Part shown: positions 55,795 to 62,413 of the stretch, piece after piece | Layout: each line of letters starts with the position of its first letter | Numbering within the stretch: position 1 is the first letter of the stretch | NCBI GenBank assembly: GCA_026387335.1 | Contig: JAPLLX010000001.1 | Location: 16,489 to 80,488 of the forward strand | DNA from: Candidatus Omnitrophota bacterium | GTDB lineage: Bacteria; Omnitrophota; Gorgyraeia; Gygaellales; Profunditerraquicolaceae | Length of the DNA: 64,000 bases | Reading direction: 5' to 3' | Program-made: the position numbers and the translations under genes | The notes under the pieces: model-generated | The model's database searches: none | The model's input: only the letters and a program-made list of their open reading frames with translations | Told to the model about the DNA's origin: nothing

Positions 55795-56378
55795 TGCCTC
55801 TTTATTCCCGGAAATCAATCACCCTTATAGAATTATTAATTGCGATGGTTTTGCTGGCGGTAATAATCTTAGCTATTAATAATGTGAATGTCTTCAGCCG
55901 TTATCATTTTATCTCTACTGACCGCCGGGCAAAAATCCAGAATGACGCCTCCCGCTGCCTTGAGCATATAACCAAATATGCCTCTCAGGCAATAGGCAAT
56001 GAGGCTGTTTTCGGAGGGGCCTCTGCCGTATATGCCGGCACTAATGTCCTGTCTTTTTTTATGGATGTCAACGCTAATGGTTTAAGGGATACGGCGGGCG
56101 AGGATTATTGGGTTGGTTACAGGCTCAATAATTCAACTTATCAACTTGGCTATTGTAGCCATTGTAGCGACTATTCTTGTTCGACTTGTAGCAGCGCTAT
56201 AGAATACTTGGCTAATGATATAACTGTTTTTTCCGCTACTAATAATGGCAATTACGTGAACGCGGATATCACTGCTTGTTGGAACCCCGCGGGAACTATA
56301 GCGGCCTGCAATACTCCGGATAACCCCAGCGTTACAATGAATTCCAGTATCCACTTACCCTCTGTCGCCACCAATTAA
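55794..56378 (+). CDS. minor pilin / pseudopilin-like protein with Cys cluster (CSHCSDYSCSTC)
   Basis: RKS|ITLIELLIAMVLLAVII prepilin-like N-terminus with Ser at -1. 194 aa. Confidence 0.5.
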   Translation: MPLYSRKSITLIELLIAMVLLAVIILAINNVNVFSRYHFISTDRRAKIQNDASRCLEHITKYASQAIGNEAVFGGASAVYAGTNVLSFFMDVNANGLRDTAGEDYWVGYRLNNSTYQLGYCSHCSDYSCSTCSSAIEYLANDITVFSATNNGNYVNADITACWNPAGTIAACNTPDNPSVTMNSSIHLPSVATN

Positions 56379-56412
56379 ATAGGGACAGCGACCATTAATA
56401 TTGCCCCTATTT
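56377..56412 (+). repeat. degenerate/truncated copy of the 23-bp TAGGGACAGCGACCATT inverted-repeat element
   Basis: AAATAGGGACAGCGACCATT matches 20/20 of the left arm at 14786. Remnant right arm ttgcccctattt. Confidence 0.4.
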
Positions 56413-56454
56413 GTATTTACAAAATTGATAAAGTATGTTAAATTTAACCTCTAT

Positions 56455-56530
56455 GGGGCTGTAGCTCAGCTGGGAGAGCGCCTCGTTCGCAACGAGGAGG
56501 CCAGGAGTTCGATCCTCCTCAGCTCCACCA
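56455..56530 (+). tRNA. tRNA-Ala (anticodon CGC)
   Basis: GGGGCTGTAGCTCAGCTGGGAGAGCGCCTCGTTCGCAACGAGGAGGCCAGGAGTTCGATCCTCCTCAGCTCCACCA. Cloverleaf with G3:U70 alanine identity pair, anticodon loop TTCGCAA, encoded CCA. Confidence 0.9.
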
Positions 56531-56554
56531 AAATTTTCCGGCAAGGAAAATTTT
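56530..56554 (+). terminator. AT-rich hairpin immediately 3' of the tRNA (possible processing/termination signal)
   Basis: aaaattttcc ggcaa ggaaaatttt, 10-bp stem. No strong downstream T-run. Confidence 0.25.
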
Positions 56555-56605
56555 GGGGGCACTAAGCGAGCGTTAAACGCCCCGACAAGGGGCGTAGCGA
56601 GCGCA

Positions 56606-57721
56606 GTGCATACCGATATGAAGCATATTAATAAGTTAATCCTATCCACCGCGACCCTTTTTTCTTTATTTTTTCTTTGTATATTCCTACCCAGTCTATT
56701 CAGTTCTGAACAGCCGAAAGAAGCCTCATTCTACCAAAAGCTTAAGAACAATATAGTCCAATGCGGGCTTTGTCCCCGTCGCTGCACGATCCCTGAAGGC
56801 TTACGCGGGTATTGCCGGACGCGCGAAAACCGTAAGGGAGTATTGTATACTTTAGTTTACGCCAAACCCGTGGCGATACACATTGACCCTATAGAGAAAA
56901 AACCTCTGTTTCATTTCTTACCTTCGGCTAAGGCTTATTCTATCGCTACCGCGGGGTGCAACTTAAAATGTAAATTCTGCCAGAATTGGGAGATATCCCA
57001 GAGTAAACCCGAAGAGCTGGAGTATATTTATCTTACTCCAGCGGATTTAATAAAAAAGGTTAAAGAGTCAGGGACTGCGGTAATCGCTTACACCTATAAT
57101 GAGCCGACCATATTTTATGAATATATGCTGGAAACCGCCAAGCTCGCCCGTCAGCAGGGGATAAAGAATGTGATGCATTCTAACGGCTATATAAATGAGG
57201 CGCCGCTTAAGGAGCTAGCTAAATATCTTGACGCAGCTAATATTGACTTAAAGGGATTTAGCGAAGAATATTACGCAAAACTTACGGAAGGGAGCCTGGC
57301 GCCGGTATTAAATTCCCTTAAGGTATTAAAGAGCCAGGGTGTGCACATTGAGATAACTACCTTGCTTCTTTCCGGTTTTAACGACGACGCAGCCGTCTTA
57401 AAAAAGATGTGCCTTTGGATTAAGGACAATTTAGGCCCGGATACCCCGTTGCATTTTTCCAGGTTTTTCCCGATGTATAAATTGACTAGCCTTAACCCTA
57501 CTCCCCTAGATTCTCTTGAGCGGGCCAGAAGAATAGCCATTGAATGCGGATTAAAATATGTTTATATCGGCAATATTTCGCCGAATCCAGCGGAAAATAC
57601 GTATTGTCCCGGTTGCGGAAAAATAGTTATTGAGCGTAACGGTTATTTTGTTAGGCAGGACAACTTAAAAAAAGGAAGGTGCAAATTCTGTGGAGAAGAA
57701 ATTGCGGGTATATGGAATTAG
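56606..57721 (+). CDS. amrS: AmmeMemoRadiSam system radical SAM enzyme (AmrS) with an unusual ~30-aa N-terminal hydrophobic leader
   Basis: QCGLCPRRCTIPEGLRGYCRTREN...DPIEKKPLFHFLP...GCNLKCKFCQNWEIS: the AmrS-specific double Cys-cluster signature. Confidence 0.85.
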   Translation: MHTDMKHINKLILSTATLFSLFFLCIFLPSLFSSEQPKEASFYQKLKNNIVQCGLCPRRCTIPEGLRGYCRTRENRKGVLYTLVYAKPVAIHIDPIEKKPLFHFLPSAKAYSIATAGCNLKCKFCQNWEISQSKPEELEYIYLTPADLIKKVKESGTAVIAYTYNEPTIFYEYMLETAKLARQQGIKNVMHSNGYINEAPLKELAKYLDAANIDLKGFSEEYYAKLTEGSLAPVLNSLKVLKSQGVHIEITTLLLSGFNDDAAVLKKMCLWIKDNLGPDTPLHFSRFFPMYKLTSLNPTPLDSLERARRIAIECGLKYVYIGNISPNPAENTYCPGCGKIVIERNGYFVRQDNLKKGRCKFCGEEIAGIWN

Positions 57722-59168
57722 CGGGTTAATTTTTTTGTTTTTATTTTACACGCTGGCTTACTCGGAGAATATAAAAGAACCCTGCGTTGCCGGCACATTT
57801 TATCCGGATGACCCGGGGGAGTTATCCTTGATGATCGACACTTACCTTAAAAAAGCCGATCCTAAGCAATCGACTGCAGAGATATTCGCTTTAATCTCTC
57901 CTCACGCGGGTTACGGCTATTCCGGAGAGGTTGCCGCGTTTGGCTATAAACTGATTAAAGATAGGCCGTATAAGACGGTAGTCATCCTGGGTACAAGCCA
58001 CCGTTATTCTTTTAGCGGAGCTTCGGTTTACCCGCAAGGCGCATTTAAAACTCCGCTGGGCCTGGTCACAGTGGATAGTGAGTTTGCCGGAAAATTGCTG
58101 GGTAATGATCCGGAAATAATCTTTGCCGCGCAAGCCTTTAAAGAAGAGCATAGCGTAGAGGTGCAGCTGCCGTTTTTACAAAAGACGCTGGTTGATTTTA
58201 AGATTGTCCCGTTAGTTTTAGGTGATTGCACCTTATCTACTTGTAAAAGGTTAGCCAGCCTGCTGAATAAGGCGATCGGAGAGCGAAAAGATGTCTTAGT
58301 GATCGTTTCCACGGATATGTACCACGGATATGATTATGATGAGGCGGATAAGGTAGATAACCTTACTCTTAATGCCATAAGTAGTCTGGATGCCGAGGCC
58401 CTTTATTACGGCCTGCGCGACCAGAATTTACAGCTTTGCGGCGGCTTTGGCGCGGTAACTCTGCTTATGCTGGCCAAAAGCCTGGGCTATGACAAAATAA
58501 CGCTATTGAAGCATAGAAATTCCGCGGAAGTCACGGGAAATAAGAAAAAAGGTATTTGGACCGTAGGATACGCCAGCTGTGCGGTTAGCCAGCCAAAAGA
58601 AGGAGAAAGAGGCATGTTAAATAAATCCCAGAGAAAAAGATTACTGGAAATCGCGCGCAGTTCAATAGAAAAATATTTAAAGACGGGTAAGATTTTGGAG
58701 CTTACTGAACCTGACCCGTTCCTGTCAAAAGATATGGGGGCTTTTGTCACTTTGAATAAAAAGGGAGAGCTGCGCGGATGCATCGGCAATCTTATCGGCT
58801 CAAAAGCATTATATTTAACCATAAGGGATATGGCGGTTGCTGCCGCTACGGAAGATCCCCGTTTTAGCCGGGTAGAGCTTACGGAGCTAAAAGATATTAA
58901 TATTGAAATTTCTGTTTTATCTCCTATGGAGAGAATTGACAATCCTGATAAAATTAAACTTGGGGTTCACGGTGTTCTGGTGCGTAATGGTTTTAGAAGC
59001 GGGGTATTTCTCCCTCAGGTAGCTACTGAAACCGGTTGGTCTAAAGAGGAGTTTATGTCTAACCTGTGCCAACATAAAGCCGGGCTGGCCCCCGACGCCT
59101 GGAAAGATAAAGAGACCGAAATTTACATATTTAGCGCGGAAGTATTTTCAGAGAAAGAGCTTAAATAG
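57690..59168 (+). CDS. amrB: fusion of AmmeMemoRadiSam system protein B (MEMO1-like) and protein A (AMMECR1 domain), with N-terminal hydrophobic leader
   Basis: N-terminal half: GTFYPDDPGEL...ISPHAGYGYSG...ILGTSH (MEMO1/AmrB). C-terminal half: GAFVTLNKKGELRGCIGNL...EDPRFSRVE...GVFLPQVA (AMMECR1/AmrA). Confidence 0.8.
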   Translation: MEKKLRVYGISGLIFLFLFYTLAYSENIKEPCVAGTFYPDDPGELSLMIDTYLKKADPKQSTAEIFALISPHAGYGYSGEVAAFGYKLIKDRPYKTVVILGTSHRYSFSGASVYPQGAFKTPLGLVTVDSEFAGKLLGNDPEIIFAAQAFKEEHSVEVQLPFLQKTLVDFKIVPLVLGDCTLSTCKRLASLLNKAIGERKDVLVIVSTDMYHGYDYDEADKVDNLTLNAISSLDAEALYYGLRDQNLQLCGGFGAVTLLMLAKSLGYDKITLLKHRNSAEVTGNKKKGIWTVGYASCAVSQPKEGERGMLNKSQRKRLLEIARSSIEKYLKTGKILELTEPDPFLSKDMGAFVTLNKKGELRGCIGNLIGSKALYLTIRDMAVAAATEDPRFSRVELTELKDINIEISVLSPMERIDNPDKIKLGVHGVLVRNGFRSGVFLPQVATETGWSKEEFMSNLCQHKAGLAPDAWKDKETEIYIFSAEVFSEKELK

Positions 59169-59812
59169 TGGTTAAGGCAGCGGCGGAAAGTTTTATCCTC
59201 GGTTTATCGTTTGGCTGGGGGCCTTGTTTAGCCAGCTGCGGGCCGCTGCTTTTGGCCTATGTCGCCGGCACCAAAAAAGATGTTTTGCAAAGCGTGGGCG
59301 CCTATTTGCTATTTTCTCTTTCCCGGGTATTTGTTTATCTGGTTTTGGGGGCGTTAGTTTTCTTTTTAGGAAGATTTATTTTGGAAAGATCCGGCAGTTT
59401 TTTTAAATTTGTTTTGCTGGGTTCGGGAGTTTTTATTGTTTTGCTCGGGCTGCTTATGCTTTTAGGCCAAGAAATCAAATCCCATTCCTGCTCTTTTTTA
59501 TATAAGCATATTTTAGAAAAAGATAAAAAGAGCATAGTCATGCTTGGCCTGACTGCCGGATTATTGCCCTGCGCGCCGCTTATAACTATGTTTACCTATA
59601 CGGGGTTAGTTTCCCAGAACATTTTGGAAAATTTGTTATATACTTTAGCCTTCGGTTTAGGGACTGTTTTATCTCCTTTGATCATATTGGTGGCTTTAGC
59701 GGGAATATTGCCTAGACTGGTCAGGGGCGCTCTCCCTATGAAGTTATTTAATATTATCTGCGGCTTAATTATAATAATACTGGGCTTGCAATTAATCGGA
59801 AGGGCTGGCTAA
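59168..59812 (+). CDS. DsbD_2 / CcdA-like thiol:disulfide-transfer-type polytopic membrane protein
   Basis: Six hydrophobic helices. Cys motifs GLSFGWGPCLASCGP (TM1) and GLTAGLLPCAPL (TM4) resemble CcdA/DsbD SFxSPC and TPC motifs. Confidence 0.45.
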   Translation: MVKAAAESFILGLSFGWGPCLASCGPLLLAYVAGTKKDVLQSVGAYLLFSLSRVFVYLVLGALVFFLGRFILERSGSFFKFVLLGSGVFIVLLGLLMLLGQEIKSHSCSFLYKHILEKDKKSIVMLGLTAGLLPCAPLITMFTYTGLVSQNILENLLYTLAFGLGTVLSPLIILVALAGILPRLVRGALPMKLFNIICGLIIIILGLQLIGRAG

Positions 59813-60547
59813 ATGCATAAATTTTTTGTTCCCGCTGCGGGTATTTTGGCTGATAAAATAATTATTGAAGATAGAGAACAGACGCATCATATAAAAAATG
59901 TCCTTAAGCTTAAGGTGGGCGAGAAAGTAGCGGTCTTTGATGGATCCGGCAATGAGTATAATTGCGTTATCCGCGAGTTAAAAAATAAGATTTATCTTAA
60001 TATAGAAAAGAAGATCCCGGCTGATAATAGCCCAGAGAAAGTGAAATTGACTATTGCCTGCGCCATACCCAAAAAAGCCAAGATTGACGATATAATTGAT
60101 AAACTCGTGCAGCTAGGCGTATCCAGGATCATTCCTCTTATGACCGAGCGGGTAGTGGTGAAATTGGATAAACCTAAAGAGGCCTTACGTTATGAGCGCT
60201 GGAAGAAAATCGCGCTTAGCGCGGCTAAACAGTGTAAAAGGAATAGTCTGGTTGTAATTGAGCCGGTCAAAGATTTTAAAGATCTTATCAAGCAATCCCG
60301 GGAATTTGATTTAAAGCTTATCCCGCATTTACTCGGAGACCGGCAAAGCCTTAAGGAAATCCTCGCGGGCTCTGAGGCTTCCAACATATTAGTCCTGATT
60401 GGGCCGGAAGGCGATTTCTCCGAAAGAGAAGTAAGTCTGGCTATAGCTGCCGGATTTATTCCCGTTACGCTGGGGGATTTAGTCCTGCGTGTAGACACAG
60501 CGGCTATCGCAGCAGCCAGTTTTATTAGACTATATGCCCACCATTAA
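59813..60547 (+). CDS. rsmE: 16S rRNA (uracil1498-N3)-methyltransferase
   Basis: HKFFVP...HHI.NVLKLKVGEKVAVFDGSG.EY.C: RsmE PUA/SPOUT features. 244 aa. Confidence 0.85.
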   Translation: MHKFFVPAAGILADKIIIEDREQTHHIKNVLKLKVGEKVAVFDGSGNEYNCVIRELKNKIYLNIEKKIPADNSPEKVKLTIACAIPKKAKIDDIIDKLVQLGVSRIIPLMTERVVVKLDKPKEALRYERWKKIALSAAKQCKRNSLVVIEPVKDFKDLIKQSREFDLKLIPHLLGDRQSLKEILAGSEASNILVLIGPEGDFSEREVSLAIAAGFIPVTLGDLVLRVDTAAIAAASFIRLYAHH

Positions 60548-61745
60548 GTTCCATACCTTAGGTTGTAAAGTAAACCAATACGATACCCAGAGCATAAGAG
60601 AGCGTTTTCTGGAACATGGTTTCAGGGAGGCTGGGCCTGGGGAAAAGTCAGATTTTTATCTCATAAATACCTGCACTGTTACGGCCATAGCGGATCAAAA
60701 GTCGCGCGGGATCATCCATAGGTGCATCAATGAAAACCCTGGAGCAAAAGTAATTGTTACCGGTTGCCTGGTTAAAAAAGACAGAAGCCAGTTAACTAAA
60801 ATAAAAGGGGTCAGTTTTATCATAGAAAAAAGTTTTTTTGCCGAAGGAATAAGCAATTTCTGTTCGCATACTCGCGCATTCTTAAAGATTCAGGATGGCT
60901 GCGATAATTTCTGTTCTTATTGTAAAGTGCCTTTAGCCCGCGGGCGTTCAAGAAGCAAACCCTTAGAAGATGTAGTTAGAGAGGCGGCCAGGTTAGCCAA
61001 GAACGGGTTTAAAGAGATTGTCCTTACCGGGATTTGTTTGGGTAGCTATGGCCGGGATTTAAATCCTAAAATAAGCCTGGTTAAGGCGATTGAGGCGCTG
61101 GAAAAGATAGATAAAATCGTCAGGATAAGATTAAGTTCAATTGAAGCGGGAGACGTGACTAGCGCTTTGATCGAGAAGATGGCTAAATCTAGAAAGCTCT
61201 GCCCGCATTTACATATACCCATTCAAAGCGGCGATGACGAGATCTTAAAGAAGATGCGGCGCAGGTATTCGGCTGCTTTCTACCTTAAGCTTATCGGGAA
61301 AGCCAGAAAAAAGATCCCCAATTTAGCTATCACTACAGATTGCCTTGTCGGTTTCCCAGGGGAGCTGGAAAGGCATTTTAGGAACACCTTAAATTTAGTT
61401 AGAAAAATTTCTCCTTTAAGGGTGCACATATTTCCTTATTCCGCCAGGGAAGGGACTTTGGCTTATTCAAGTTTATCCGGGAGTATTCCGGCGCCCGTTA
61501 TAAGAGAGCGTGTTTCCAGGCTTAAAGAAGCCGCTGATTTAAGCGCTCAAAGCTATAAAAAGCTCTTTCTGGGTCGAAATCTACCCGTGCTCTTTGAGGC
61601 CAGGTCAAAAGAAATGAAAGGTTGTTGGGAAGGCTATGCGGATAATTATATAAAAGTCTTGTTTAAATCCCGGGGAATTTTAAGAAATAGATTAATCCGC
61701 GTAAGGCTTAAAGCGTTAGTAAAAGATGCTGTCTTAGCTTCTTAA
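60534..61745 (+). CDS. mtaB: MiaB-like tRNA methylthiotransferase, probably threonylcarbamoyladenosine methylthiotransferase MtaB
   Basis: UPF0004 N-terminal domain (TLGCKVNQYD...INTCTVT). Radical SAM CxxxCxxC (CDNFCSYC). rsmE-mtaB order as in Bacillus yqeU-yqeV. Confidence 0.75.
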   Translation: MPTIKFHTLGCKVNQYDTQSIRERFLEHGFREAGPGEKSDFYLINTCTVTAIADQKSRGIIHRCINENPGAKVIVTGCLVKKDRSQLTKIKGVSFIIEKSFFAEGISNFCSHTRAFLKIQDGCDNFCSYCKVPLARGRSRSKPLEDVVREAARLAKNGFKEIVLTGICLGSYGRDLNPKISLVKAIEALEKIDKIVRIRLSSIEAGDVTSALIEKMAKSRKLCPHLHIPIQSGDDEILKKMRRRYSAAFYLKLIGKARKKIPNLAITTDCLVGFPGELERHFRNTLNLVRKISPLRVHIFPYSAREGTLAYSSLSGSIPAPVIRERVSRLKEAADLSAQSYKKLFLGRNLPVLFEARSKEMKGCWEGYADNYIKVLFKSRGILRNRLIRVRLKALVKDAVLAS

Positions 61746-61782
61746 ATTAAGCTGTTTCTTAGGTTTAGAGAGAGAAAATTAC

Positions 61783-61811
61783 TTGACAAAACCGGCTAGA
61801 GATGTTATAAA
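61783..61811 (+). promoter_or_regulatory. strong sigma70-like promoter TTGACA-N17-TATAAA driving the solitary pilin gene, with ~155-nt leader
   Basis: Perfect -35 TTGACA at 61783-61788. TATAAA at 61806-61811. Confidence 0.5.
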
Positions 61812-61967
61812 TAAAAAAGCTTATTTAGAAGGGGGCTTACGCGCGCAGAAACAAGTAACCTCTTAAGGGAGCTGACAGAAGTTCTAATTTATCTAATAAC
61901 AAAAAAAGAGGTTAAGCAGCAAGATCGCGTAAAGTTAATCTTACCTTAGAAAGGGGGATTGCAGAAA

Positions 61968-62348
61968 ATGAATAGAAAAGGTTTTACATTAGTTGAAATC
62001 ATGATCGTAGTAGCCATCATCGCGTTATTAGCCGCTATCGCTATACCTAACTTGTTGAGCGCCAGGATTACCGCGAATACCGCGGCAGCCAAGGCGAATG
62101 TGCGTAGTCTGTCAACAGCGGCAGAAACATATTCAACCGCGAATAACGGCGGATATCCGGGTACTGTAACCGCGCTGGCAACTTTTATCGGCGCAGCAGA
62201 CAGCTATTGTAACAAAACAACTCAAGGCTACACCTATACCTGCACCTTAGCTACAACCGGTTATACTATTTCCGCGGCGCCACTTTCAACGCAAACCGGC
62301 ACCACGACTTACACTGCTACTACCGGAGGAGTGCTTACGCCATTATAA
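61968..62348 (+). CDS. pilA: type IV major pilin (PilA-like), canonical G|FTLVE prepilin signal, Thr-rich C-terminal region
   Basis: MNRKG|FTLVEIMIVVAIIALLAAIAIPNLL. ATG 61968 preferred over TTG 61959, with RBS GGGGGA 9 nt upstream. Monocistronic between a strong promoter and terminator. Confidence 0.85.
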   Translation: MNRKGFTLVEIMIVVAIIALLAAIAIPNLLSARITANTAAAKANVRSLSTAAETYSTANNGGYPGTVTALATFIGAADSYCNKTTQGYTYTCTLATTGYTISAAPLSTQTGTTTYTATTGGVLTPL

Positions 62349-62375
62349 AAAAGCGCTTCTTATGAAGAGTCAAAA

Positions 62376-62408
62376 AGAGGAGAGGAGAAAATCCTCTCCT
62401 CTTTTTTA
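62376..62408 (+). terminator. rho-independent terminator after pilA
   Basis: agaggagagg / cctctcctct 10-bp stem, 7-nt loop, TTTTTT. Confidence 0.6.
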
Positions 62409-62413
62409 TTGAA

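Noticed and set aside
56407-56649. 80-aa ORF on the - strand
   Set aside because: Overlaps tRNA-Ala on the opposite strand and the amrS start. Spurious.
61959-61967. TTG start for the pilin ORF
   Set aside because: The ATG at 61968 has a properly spaced GGGGGA RBS and gives the canonical short prepilin leader MNRKG|F.
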